Assembly: GCA_001600815.1 (NCBI GenBank)
Contig: BCKZ01000002.1
Span: 1,062,294-1,126,293, forward strand
Reading direction: 5' to 3'
DNA from: Alloascoidea hylecoeti
Taxonomy: Eukaryota
DNA length: 64,000 bases
Part shown: piece by piece, positions 48,027 through 60,800 of the stretch
Position numbering within the stretch: position 1 is the first letter of the stretch
How the letters are laid out: each line of letters starts with the position of its first letter
Program-made: the position numbers and the translations under genes
Notes under the pieces: model-generated
What the model was told of the DNA's origin: nothing
The model's input: only the letters and a program-made list of their open reading frames with translations
Database searches by the model: none

Positions 48027-49132
48027 ATGATATCTGATTTGAACATATTATGGCCTCAAAGACTTTATTCTGTTGCACCTTCACCAAATGATATCAATAA
48101 TGTCAAAAATATACTAGCAATGCTAATCGAGTGTATGTGAACTTCAGACACACCACCATACTATGATGATGACATTAACATTCTATTTAGTTGGTTATAC
48201 TCATGTCGCTCTAAACTTTTTACTGGAATCTGGAGCAAAGTTGCCAGCAAAAGATGTATGTAATATACAAATTGAGAGAATATATTTATTTTCCTATTTC
48301 TAACTTAGCTTGTTGTTACTGATAGATTTGTCCTATTAATCTAGGACTTTTCAAAGAATTTTCAGATAGGTTGAAAATATTTAAACGAATTACGATTATT
48401 GTAAATGATCCAGCACAATTCCAAAATATAGTACGTTATTAAATATTTATTAATTGATTTGCGTTTCAATGAATACATATTAACAAGATAAATTTTATAA
48501 AGAGCCGTTTACAATCAAATTTCGATATAATTGCAATTCAACCTACTACTGAGAAAGCATTACAGTTAGCAACAACAAATCTCGATATTGACTTAATCTC
48601 ATTAGACCTTGGCTCCAGACTTCCATGTTATCTTCGTCATAAAACATTGGGAGCTGCAATTTCTCGTGGTGTTAAGTTTGAAATATCATATTCAGGACTC
48701 ATTCCTGTTTTAAACAGTCAAGGCACACAAACACCATCACAAACCCGCCGAAATTTCATCAGTAATTTACAAATGTTAATAAGAAGCAGTAGAAAAAGAG
48801 GATTGATAATAACTAGTGGAGCAAATGCCGTATCACAACTACGATCGTCTTATGATATTATAAATATTATGTGTGTTTTAGGAATGGATAATATGAGTGC
48901 AAGAAATTCAATTCATGATGTTCCAATAAAGGTATTGAGTAATGGAATATTGAGAAATGCTAGTTATAAACAAACCATCAGAACAACAGGAGAACTATTA
49001 CTTAACGATGATAATGTTAAAGAAAAAGAAAAAACAGTTCAAGATGTTGTGGTTAAGAAGAAAAGGACAGGGACTAATATTTTGGAACGACAATTAAAGA
49101 AAAAGAGGAAGCAAAATCAGTGCATCAATTGA
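48027..49132 (+). CDS. RPP1: RNase P/MRP subunit p30; exons 48027-48132, 48191-48255, 48326-48430, 48503-49132
   Basis: Spliced product MISDLNILWP..FGYTHVALN..RITIIVNDP..FDIIAIQPTTEKAL..DIDLISLD..RGVKFEISYS..LIITSGA. Three GT-AG introns of 58, 70 and 72 nt keep the frame. Confidence 0.9.
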
Positions 49133-49660
49133 TAATAGAAATCTGCAATTATACATCTCAGTCTTAAATTCAAGAATCTATTTATAATTGCCTGTATACA
49201 AATTATATAATTATATTCCACTAAATTTAAGGGGTATATAAAATATGATATCGATAAATATGGCAATTAAGATTGTAACGACACTATAGCTAGCTACCCG
49301 ACTTCTGTTCACATAAATAATGATTGTAGAAGTATATGTAAGGTGTATTTAGTGATAATTGGATTCCTGAACTAAAAGTTTAGCTACAAGACCTGATAGG
49401 TAAATAATGATCTGTCTTTATTTTTGCAAGGAATTCTAATATGTTTTTGCTACGTGTGAATGAGACCATACATATTACTGGTAAGGCTTAACCATAATAG
49501 TTTTCAATCGGGTTATTAATCTAAATCTTGGCCATGGGTAACATTCTGATCATGTCTTTTTATAATTAGCAGCTATTTATAATTATCTATGAAATGTATA
49601 CTAACTCTTTACCAATTTAAACTAGAATTTGAAAGTTAAGGACCCTCGTAAACAACATCG

Positions 49661-51170
49661 ATGATGAGCAGAAAACAAAGAAACCCTCTTGCCCTCGAGC
49701 TGAGTTTGAATGGATATATGCCCGTCCCCCGCCCTAGTAATAAGCCTACCACAACACCACACTCGATTCCGGGTAAGTGCCTTAGAGTTTCAAACCTCCT
49801 TAAGCTGAAACTAACAAAACCCACTTACAGATTCTAGTACTAATTTATTATACTCACCACCAATATCAAGCACTAACAACACATTTTATAAACAATCGCC
49901 CCATTCTTCCGGCATTCTCCCTTTTCAACTCCAAAATATCCATAGAAAAATCATGATGAACACACAATACTTATCACATGAACAGCAGCAACAACAACCT
50001 CAGCAAATGTTCCAAGAAAATCATATTCAAACTTCCCCGATTAATAAGTCATCGATGATAAATGTTCAACAAGATAAACCTGTTCGATCAGCATATTATG
50101 AAGCAAATTGGCCGGTATGTGGGCTTGATTGGGCATGGATGGGTAGAGCTCATCAAGAATATATGGCAATATCCTCATATCGTGAAGAAACAACCAATAA
50201 AATCCAAGTTTTATATCCCGTACCAACAACTGATGTATTACCGTCTGGTCAAGGGGTGCCGGGCTATGATTTTTTCCGTATTGCAGAATCGAAGGTTGAT
50301 TATCCATGTACAAGACTACAATGGGAACCAAATTCTTTAGAACCAAAGTTAGCATCATCAGGAGATTGTTTACGAATATGGGAATTGAATAAAGAAACAA
50401 GACAATTAGAAACCAAACTAACTTTGATGAATAGAAGCAAATCTGAATTTCTACCCCCTTTAACAAGTTTTGATTGGAATAAAATTGATCCATCATTAAT
50501 TTTGACGAGTTCAATTGATACAACATGTACAATTTGGGATATTAATCAAGGTGGAGGTAGTGCAAAAACCCAACTAATTGCCCATGATAGCGAAGTCTAT
50601 GATGCTCAATTTACAGCGGGCTCAGTTAATATTTTTGCTTCAGTTGGTGCTGATGGATCAATGAGAGTTTTCGATTTAAGATCTTTGGATCATTCAACGA
50701 TTATATTCGAACCTCCAACACCAAGTAAAACATCTCCACTATTAAGAGTTGCGGCCTCGAACATTGATGGCAACTTATTAGCTACGATTTCGGGTGGAGA
50801 TAATAAAATTTTTGTTTTAGATATCAGGTTTCCTGGAACGCCGATTGTAGTTTTAGAGGGTCATGAAGCAGCAGTTAATAGTATTTCGTGGCATCCAACT
50901 AAGAATATTTTAGTCAGTGGAGCTGATGATTGTCAGGCACTCATATGGGACGTTATAACTGGTGATGCAAATATTAGACGATATAATTCGACGGTTGCAT
51001 CTGGACCACCAACACTACGAAATTCTGGTAATAGTAGTAAGGGCGTAGGTGTTCTGGCTGGGGTTTATGGCGATACTGGGGAAATCAATAATGTTCGATG
51101 GAGCCGAGATGGTGATTGGATCGGAGTCGCAAGTGGTAGATCGGTTCAAGGTGTGAGGGTAGTTTTATGA
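49661..51170 (+). CDS. WD40 protein of the DCAF7/HAN11/YPL247C family; probable exons 49661-49772 and 49831-51170 (or start at 49953)
   Basis: Motifs PPLTSFDWN, SSIDTTCTIWD, KTQLIAHDSEVYD, FASVGADGSMRVFDLRSLDHSTIIFE. A GTAAGT..ACTAAC..CAG intron at 49773-49830 joins ATG 49661 in frame with no stops. Confidence 0.88.
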
Positions 51171-52503
51171 TCATGAAGTTAACATATCACTATCACTCTA
51201 TATTATATTAAGTTGCTTCGAAATATTTGTACAGATGTATGTTAATTTACTTAATCGGATGCTATATATTTATTCTATAACTTATATATGAGTGTTCAAC
51301 TATAGCCAGTCAAGATGTCAATGCATAATTATTAAGCGTTACATAATGAGAAGGCGAATCGACAATTTGCTCATACGAGAGTAACTTCTAACTTCTGTAT
51401 TTTGATGCTTTGGGGATAATATCAGACGTCAAAGAATCAATATGAACATGTGCATCTACATAAGTACCACATATAGATATGCAGCTATATATAATTACTA
51501 CATATGGTAATGCATAACGTAAATTGCATATGAATAGAAAGTAGGCATGTAAATTGTTCTCATATAACTTATATTCCAAAAAACAACTTCCAAGTATTAA
51601 ATATTGCCTTCATCATCTAAACATAAATCATTACTATCGGTAGTGCTCCGATGTTTTGTAACTGCTTTAAAACAACAAGCCAAAATTGAGATGAAACGTG
51701 TTCCACATAGTAAGAATATTGAAACAAACCGAAAAGACAAATTAGTTACAACGCTGGAATTATACCATTCGTAATGCTTATTTCTCTTCAGGAACCCACT
51801 GTAATCTACGACAATTGTTTGATCGCCATTATAAGATTTTGCAGTTATATTCTAATATAAAGAATCTACAATAATAGTCAATTATTATAAGAAATTGGTC
51901 AATATTAGATTTTTTATTGATGAATATACAGATTTGGATGACAGATATAACATGTTGAAAGAGGGCGAGCATTGCGTGTCTGATTTTCAAATCGAGTTGT
52001 ATTTTATTTTCTATTGCTGTTCTTGATTTTCTTCCTCTGTAACTACATTCATTTTTTTGTTTTGTTTACGGTTATGTGATGAGAAAACTCCATTTTGACA
52101 ATAAAAATACATTAAATGTCAAATTCTCGTTTATGCAGTATGTACCGTATAAGTTATAACTTACAGAACGAAAAGCAGTCGATTCAATTAGTGCTTTACC
52201 AAAACATGATAACTATAAATATAAAATATTGTAACAGTTGCGGTGTGAATTGATAACCTGTTTAGCAATAACAACATCTTATGTAGAGCCGAGGGCGAAT
52301 GCCTTAAACAAATTGAATTAATATTATGCAAATACTTAATCTGGTCTGCGCATGAAGGTAAAATTTTCTCTTATATGCTTGCTCTGTTTATGGTTGACAA
52401 ATACAATGGGGGAGGGAGATGTCCGGGTGTTTCCGTCAAAAGCTTTCACCTCTTTAGTTTTCAGATAAACTCCCACATACTCCTTCACCTCTAATCACTA
52501 AGA

Positions 52504-54834
52504 ATGAAGTTGAAAGTGACTGTTGTCGCCGCAGACGGCCTCATAAAACGTGATGTTTTTCGTCTTCCTGATCCATTTGCTGTACTATCCACAGAGGGAC
52601 CATCATCTTCCCACTCGACTCATTCAACAACTGTCATCCGTAGGACATTGGCTCCATATTGGAATCAGTCCTTCGACCTGAATGTGGATCCCAATACAAT
52701 TGTCACCGTGAGAGTGTTCGATCATAAGAAGTTTAAGAAGAGGGACCAGGGTTTTTTGGGAATGATGACTTTGAAAGTAGGGGATCACATTGATGGTCGA
52801 AGTACTACAGTTTCCCAGCCATTGATAAAGTCAAACTCAAGTTTATCAGTTTCTGGAAAATTGGTGCTAACACTGGTACCTTCTGCTCCCGGCCCCTCTA
52901 CTGACTCCTCCGTGGGATCAAGTCAAGCTTCCTCCCGTTCTAGCGTAGGGAGTATTGCCACCCCCAGCGTCGCTACACGCCCTCCATCTACTATAAACAG
53001 CCCAACCACCAGTTCAGTGCCTCCTCCTGCAGCGGATTCCAACTCCAATTCAAACGGGAACACCCATCCCTTTTCATCGTTTGAAGACCAGTTTGGTAGA
53101 CTCCCTCCTGGGTGGGAAAGACGTACCGATAATATGGGCAGAACCTACTATGTGGATCACAACTCTAGATCGACCACCTGGAAAAGGCCTTCCTCCAACA
53201 CAGTTGATGCAGAGCAGCAATTAAGACAGCAACAAGACCAGACTAATCAGGAAAGATTAAATCATCAGCACAGAACGCTTCCTGGAGATTCGTCTTCGAC
53301 TTCCATCGGAATCTCTTCTCCGGCACTTGGAGTACCTTCTGCACCCACAGTAGCTACCACTTCTCCAGCTGCCGTGGGCGGCGGTTTAGGTGAACTTCCC
53401 GGAGGTTGGGAACAGCGTACTACACCTGAAGGTAGGGTTTATTTCGTTGACCATAATACCCGTACAACCACTTGGGTTGATCCTCGTCGTCGGCAAATTA
53501 TTCGCAATTACGGTAACGAGAATAGTGCTCCTGTTGTTCAACAACAACCTGTCTCTCAATTGGGCCCATTGCCAAGTGGTTGGGAGATGCGTCTTACAAA
53601 TACTGCAAGAGTTTATTTTGTAGATCATAATACGAAGACAACGACATGGGATGACCCCAGATTGCCTTCATCATTAGATCAGAACGTTCCTCAATATAAG
53701 AGGGATTTTAGAAGGAAATTGATTTATTTTAGATCACAACCTGCCCTTAGAATATTACCTGGTCAGTGTCATGTTAAAGTTCGAAGAGAACATATCTTTG
53801 AAGATTCATATCAAGAAATTATGCGACAATCGCCAGCAGATCTAAAGAAAAGGCTAATGATCAAATTTGATGGTGAAGAAGGTTTAGATTATGGTGGTGT
53901 TTCCCGTGAATATTTCTTCTTATTATCTCATGAAATGTTTAATCCATTTTATTGTTTATTTGAGTATTCTGCTCATGATAATTATACATTACAAATAAAC
54001 CCACATTCAAGTATCAATCCAGAACATTTGAATTATTTTAAATTCATTGGAAGAGTTGTTGGTTTAGCTGTGTTCCATCGAAGATTTTTAGATGCATTCT
54101 TTATTGGTGCTTTTTATAAAATGATCTTAAGAAAGCCTGTTTCCTTAGCTGACATGGAAGGTGTTGATGCTGAAATTTTTAAGAATTTAACCTGGGTATT
54201 AGAAAATGATATTACAGATATTTTAGAAATGACCTTTTCTGTTGAAGATGATCAATTTGGTGTAATTGTTACCATTGATCTAAAAGAAGATGGTAGAAAT
54301 ATTGAGGTTACAAATGAAAATAAACATGAATATGTTGCTTTAATGACAAAATGGAGAATTGAAAAGCGTGTTGATGAACAATTTCAATCATTTATAGCCG
54401 GTTTCAATGAATTAATACCTCAAGATCTAGTTAATGTTTTTGATGAACGTGAACTTGAACTTCTTATTGGTGGCTTAGCTGAAATTGACATTGAAGATTG
54501 GAAGAAGCATACAGATTATCGTGGCTATACAGAATCTGATCAAGTAGTTCAATGGTTCTGGAAGTTAATGGAATCATGGGATTCAGAACAAAAATCAAGA
54601 ATGTTACAATTCACGACTGGTACCTCAAGAATTCCAGTTAATGGATTCAAAGATTTACAGGGTTCTGATGGTCCAAGACGTTTTACGATCGAAAAATCTG
54701 GGGAGATTACACAGTTACCTAAAAGTCATACATGTTTTAATAGAATTGATTTACCCCAATACGACGATTTTGAAAGTATGAAACAAAAAATGACATTGGC
54801 TGTTGAAGAAACTATTGGGTTTGGTCAAGAATAA
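52504..54834 (+). CDS. RSP5: NEDD4-family HECT E3 ubiquitin ligase (C2, three WW domains, HECT)
   Basis: C2 domain, three WW domains ([24 protein letters not shown]), HECT domain with HTCFNR catalytic Cys, ending GFGQE. Confidence 0.98.
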   Translation: MKLKVTVVAADGLIKRDVFRLPDPFAVLSTEGPSSSHSTHSTTVIRRTLAPYWNQSFDLNVDPNTIVTVRVFDHKKFKKRDQGFLGMMTLKVGDHIDGRSTTVSQPLIKSNSSLSVSGKLVLTLVPSAPGPSTDSSVGSSQASSRSSVGSIATPSVATRPPSTINSPTTSSVPPPAADSNSNSNGNTHPFSSFEDQFGRLPPGWERRTDNMGRTYYVDHNSRSTTWKRPSSNTVDAEQQLRQQQDQTNQERLNHQHRTLPGDSSSTSIGISSPALGVPSAPTVATTSPAAVGGGLGELPGGWEQRTTPEGRVYFVDHNTRTTTWVDPRRRQIIRNYGNENSAPVVQQQPVSQLGPLPSGWEMRLTNTARVYFVDHNTKTTTWDDPRLPSSLDQNVPQYKRDFRRKLIYFRSQPALRILPGQCHVKVRREHIFEDSYQEIMRQSPADLKKRLMIKFDGEEGLDYGGVSREYFFLLSHEMFNPFYCLFEYSAHDNYTLQINPHSSINPEHLNYFKFIGRVVGLAVFHRRFLDAFFIGAFYKMILRKPVSLADMEGVDAEIFKNLTWVLENDITDILEMTFSVEDDQFGVIVTIDLKEDGRNIEVTNENKHEYVALMTKWRIEKRVDEQFQSFIAGFNELIPQDLVNVFDERELELLIGGLAEIDIEDWKKHTDYRGYTESDQVVQWFWKLMESWDSEQKSRMLQFTTGTSRIPVNGFKDLQGSDGPRRFTIEKSGEITQLPKSHTCFNRIDLPQYDDFESMKQKMTLAVEETIGFGQE

Positions 54835-57800
54835 ATCACCAAAAAAGGAAAAATAGATAAAAGATATTTTATCATGAAGTCCCGATTCCGGTTAATATTA
54901 ATATTATTACCTAAAATTTTACATTTAAAAAGTTCAGTAATGATACGTGTATAACTCTAATAAATATCAAAACTTCAATCCTAAAAAAAGGAGTATTCAA
55001 ACAAAAGTTTTGCCAAAAAAAAATACCAAGCAATCAATCATCATAATCGAACTTGCATGCCATTTCATAATCATTACCATCCTAATGATAATATTCTATA
55101 TATATTGTTTAAAATTATTACTTTCTCTGGGTCAGTTTATTCTATTAATATTGTTTGTCCTTCCTATTTTTATCTTATTCTTCTTTATAACGTTGATTTG
55201 GAAACAATATGTTTTAATTTTTTTTTAAAGTTGTAAGTAATTAAGTAGCGGTTATAAGTAATGATATGTACTCATATCTTATATCATTGAACCCTAATAG
55301 TATCTTAACCTGAGCTTTTAAATAGCAATCATACACCAAAGCATTATTGTAACTAAATCTTTCGTTATAGCGGAGACAAATGTAGAATGATAGAAATCAT
55401 CGGTGAATAATACAACGAATTTTGGTGATAGTTTTCGCGAATTCGAAGCTAATTCATGCGCCGATTCTGGTTCCCGATAAAACCGGAAACAATGTAAAAC
55501 TTTACTGTCATCTGAAGCTCAAAATATTCGGCAACACGATGATCTATTGTTTCAGGTGTATGAATGTTTCGGTCATTCCGGTAGATGATAGACGGCGATT
55601 TTATACTAAATATCCGGCCATGTAAATAAAATATTCGCTCATTTTTAAGATTAAATAATCGTTACATAATGCACTAATTCTCAGCCATGTTAACAAATAT
55701 CGGTCATATATTTAACTAAATATTAGCCCACTTGATAAGCTTACATGGTTGTTTAGTCACCCATATATTCATAAGTTTCCTTCACATTAGTAATGTATGA
55801 ACATTTAGAAGAGGACATCCTAAGAAAATGAATCAACTGCAGTGACAAATTTTTCAAACAAGATTTAGATATATTTATTGGGACCATGGAAATTGGAATA
55901 CAGAATTCAAAATAATTTAATGGATCATAATTGTAAGGCGTTAACCTTACAATTGCAGTATTAATAATAGTAGCAAACACTGAAGTATCAAATATGTGAA
56001 ACTTTTTCTGACGCAATTGGTATAAAAGTCAATATTTTAGTGAAAGTGAAACGGCTCATGGCTATCGAATTGATATGTATAATCGTATGCAGCTAAACCT
56101 AAACTGTACTATGCATAATGCATTGTATATATATAATTACCCTATATAGTAGATTCAGGAAAAAAAGATTTCCATCGCAAAGTAAAAACAACAGCGTTAA
56201 AATTTTCAGAATAAGAAATATCTAGAAAGCGAAATTTAAATAAATAAACTAACAGTTTTATTGAATCATCATAATACACCGTTTTGATAAGAAAAGAAAA
56301 AAAAATTGGATTAACATAATATTATAAATTCTCTATATCAAAGGTTAATTAAATACCGTAAATTTAATTAAAGGATTGATTGTGTAGATATTATGGTACT
56401 AACTTGATAAGTTTAAATTGATTGGTTGTTTCAAAAATAACTATAGCTTTAAATTACCATGTTTAGCTTTTATATAATTACTGTAACTCTACTATAGTTA
56501 GCTATTGGTTACGTTTTCAATTCATAAACAATATAAGCCTTATAATTAGTAGTGGTCTTCATTTCTTGGCTGCAGCTGCACATATGAATTACCATTGTGT
56601 ATTTGTAAACAAAATACTAATGATGAAAATTTTTAGTTCTATTCACTTATTGTGGGACTTATGTTCTACTGTAGATTTAAATGAGAGGAATAAAGTATTA
56701 ATATTGTTCCTTATAAATCTTTGTTGAATTGTTCCCAACAACTACAAATTTTTATACAGTCTTATCTAAACTCAACAATTGAAAAATTACACATACACTT
56801 TAAAAAATATGATGTGATCATGTTTAAATTAAAATAAACATCAATGAGATTGAGACTGTGTATGATCAAATCAAAAGATAATATGATTTTCTAGAAAGTT
56901 TTTCTTTATTCTATTGATCCATGAACGAAAGATAATAGTTGGTCTAATTTTAATTACCTCTATAGTCGGGTGTACAAAATTTCCAATAATTTTGTATATA
57001 AGGGCTTGCACTTAACAGTTATATATTATTAAGGAATTTTCATATATCTATGGTACATACTACGTAATACATAGTACAATTGAAATTTCTATTTATATCT
57101 ACATAGATGAATCTAGCTACCTATTGTAAGTAATATCTACTTATTGTCTTCGACTTAATGGCTTCTCAGCTACAGGGTTAATCAGCAGTAACCTTATATT
57201 TATAAATATATACTCATCAGCTGTTAAATATTAATTAATAGCGATAGCTTCTGGTGTAAGACTGACTAAGAATATATACATCTTTGATATATGAAGAATC
57301 ATTGAAGATATGTCAAAACCCACCGAGTAATATCTGTTATCCGATTTCCAGAGTCTTAATATCTAAATTTGATTCCAACTTACTTTTTAAGTTATAGATC
57401 TTATCGAATCTAACGGTACTCGTAAAAAAGGATAACGTTAGCGTGTACAAGTTTGTTCCCTTTTTATTTGGTCGTTACCTGGATCTAGAAAAGATAATCA
57501 AGTGCAAAGATATAATTATAGCCACATGATCTGATTATTAAATGTTTCTAAGTGAAATAAAATGTTTTATTTGTGAATGAAAACCAAACTGTGTTTTACA
57601 TTGTGCTCTGTGTTTTGTAATGTACCAACCCAACAAAATTTGATTCATGAATATTAATATTAATGTTAAAACTGAAATATACCATAGTTGTTGGCATTGT
57701 ACGTATACGCGTGTATCTGTTTTGTTTACATGTTTATGATTTCTCATCTTATAATATATGACAATAAACTCTTCAAATCAATCAACCCAGTAAGTGATCA

Positions 57801-60800
57801 TGAGGTATCTATAACCAAATTTTATTTCGAATTCTAGAAGGTTTTGATTTTTCTAAGCTGGTTGAAGAATATTTTTTGATTTGGTACCAAGCCTTTTTTG
57901 AACGAATTCGAAATAATAGAAATGTTTCAATTAATAAAATCAGTTTATATAATATGTGGATAATAGATATCATTCTTGAATATATTATTGTGAAATATGA
58001 TGCATAAAGACTCGCATTTTTCAACTCTCTTTTAGTTAACGTGACTCATATCAACAATTTAATTGGATTAAATATAGTTATATACATGAGGTGATGAATA
58101 AAAGAAGTATACACAGTACTGCTCCACCATATATACAATTAAAACAAGCAATTTCCACAGCTCTACATAAAGCTATATATATTGTAAAGCAAAAGATATA
58201 ATTCCAACGTTAACTACTTAATTATATACCTGTGAAAAACTCTATATTTAAGCTTAATTGAATCATTAAATATACCTAGTATTACATACCTATTATTATA
58301 AGCTACGAAACATTAGGTAAGTTGATCAGATGTCCACACTTAAGCTTGTCCCAATTAAAATTTCTATTTATAAATAAATACTTGAATGCCTTGAAAAAAA
58401 ACTTGCAGATGATGACTCAATATTAATTATAATGGTGAATAATAACGTTATCTCCACATGCTATTTTGACATCAAGCATTAGCCTGTATTCTGAAACTTA
58501 TGAATGCGGAGAAATTGATCAAGCTCGGGAGTCGGAACTAGCTAATTAAAGTAATAGCTTTAGGTATCACAATAAATCTGCTTCTTAAAAAGAGTTTTAA
58601 ATATATGTATGTAAGATCGCATTTCTTACAAAATATATATGATCATGAAGTTGAAATATTTAGACAGTTTGTGTGACGGATATATAGTACTAGAGACTCC
58701 ACGGGTACAGTTCAATATTATAATCACGTATAATTAACTTTATACATGTTTGTTGTATGATTTATGACTAATAATAATTATCAATTGATCATGAGGAGTG
58801 ATCTTTTTACCATTTTCCTTTCTATGTTCATGATCATACATAGACTCCTATTGGTCGTCTCACTCGTTTCTACATCTATAATACAAAAAGTAGTTATTTT
58901 CAAGCAAGACAATAGCCATTTAAAACCTTGGAGGTCGTGACCGAATTAATATTACAAGACATTGAAGTTTCATCTGAGGTTAACAAATTATGTTTCCGAT
59001 CGCGATATAAAGTTACCACAATATAATTGTATAATATAATATTAAAATCACAAAACTACTTCATACTTTTATCTTCAAATTTGTAAATATATAAGCGCTA
59101 AAGCTGAATAATATATTTAGCACTTTATTATTAATTGTGTTGTGTTGTATTATGCATATGTCGTTCAAAATTTTAACGGGAAATATTATAATTAATTATG
59201 AAAAATTAGATGAATCAACAAATCAAGTTTAAACATATAGCACTAGGGTTATGGATCAATTGCAATTGCAAGTTTATAGGGTTATAACGATCTATTTAGT
59301 ATTTGTAGGAGGTATATATATATAATATATATTATTTTAAGGCTTGAAATTTGGAAATATTAGGATATTAATCATAATTAAAATTATGATATTAATAATT
59401 TTCAAAGTTAGCAATTGCAACTTCTTAACTTTTTTTTTTTTTGAATTTTCGATGAAAGTCTCAAATCACCCTCTTCAAGTCTTAAAGTCGCATAAAATTT
59501 CCCTAGTCAACTACGCTGAAATAGGTTATAATCAAAAATTTTAAAAGATGTTTATGAGTCAGGCGGCTTTTTAGGCCAACATAACATGTCGTCTAAGGCT
59601 TGTTCATTCATCCTCCTTTAAAAAAACAGAACATATTATATATCATCTGATATTTCAGATAATATTATATATACTTTATTCTGGAGATTAGACTTTTGAT
59701 TTCACTATATTTATGCTTTTTTACGAAACCTTATAGGTAAATATTTAGAATTAATCATAGCATAAAATATAAATTGATAATATTAATATTGATATTAATC
59801 ATAACTTGATAAATAACTTGTACTTAAAGGTATAATGGAGTTCGATCTCCGTCTCCAAGTTATAATTAGTACATGAATATTATATCTGGTTATAGTGATT
59901 TATTAGATAACCTCGAAGATGAATTATGATTATTATTAATTTATTATGGTGTTGCCACAGCTATTAGAGATGATTGTTATTATAAGCTAAAGTGAATGCA
60001 TTGCATATTGAATATGAGCAGTTGCGCTTGAAGAATAAAATAGAAATTAAGGCTGGTATTATTATTAAGATATGTAGAAGTATCACTGTTTCTATAGCTT
60101 ATAAATTTCCCATATAACTTATATATTCTTTACTACATATATATACTTCATTTAAAATATGTTTGTGTATATAGACATCCGCGTATATTCGATGGTCATG
60201 ACATTTACTGTAAGTTATAGTCTATATACAAAACCAATTGCATTTGCACATTTATGGGAAGCTTATATATATTCAAGAGTCAAGACCGAAAAAACTAATT
60301 ATATAACTATATAAATTTATAAATACTTGATCATGATATGGTTCTAGAAGTGACAGGAGAGTTTGATTACTCGTGACATCCAGCTCAGCCAAATCCATAA
60401 TTCTTATATTTTACCTTCAATGATGGATAAAAACATGTTCTAGAATTCAAGCCATGTGTTTTAAACCTACTCCCTGGTAAGACAGTCAATTCCAATCATC
60501 TTAAACCTTGAATATATCAATTAAAACCCCTCGGAATATATATAATATGTTTGGATCAGATGATAGTCTAGATTTTGAGACTTTGACTTGTGAAATTAGA
60601 TTGATCAGTGATTACAGTTTTTTCATATATACCAAGTCCATTTTTCACTCTTTTAACTGAATGAATGATTCAATTGAATAATATTGGGTATAAAAGCTTA
60701 TATAACTTTAATGATGTTGTATACGAACACGTTTTCGTCTAAAAATATATTAGCTGTAGCTGCACGTGAGCTAAAAAGGAAATCATATTAACTTACAGGA

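Noticed and set aside
49481..49625. Possible further upstream intron (GTAAGG..TACTAAC..TAG) of the WD40 gene
   Set aside because: An in-frame stop follows the acceptor, so it could only be a 5' UTR intron; cannot be supported without transcripts.
66..54834. Arrestin adaptor and its E3 ligase RSP5 in the same window
   Set aside because: About 50 kb and many unrelated genes apart; most likely coincidental.
59835..59852. T-arm/B-box-like hairpin ATGGAGTTCGATCTCCGT
   Set aside because: Loop spacing is off from the B-box consensus and no other tRNA arms are present.
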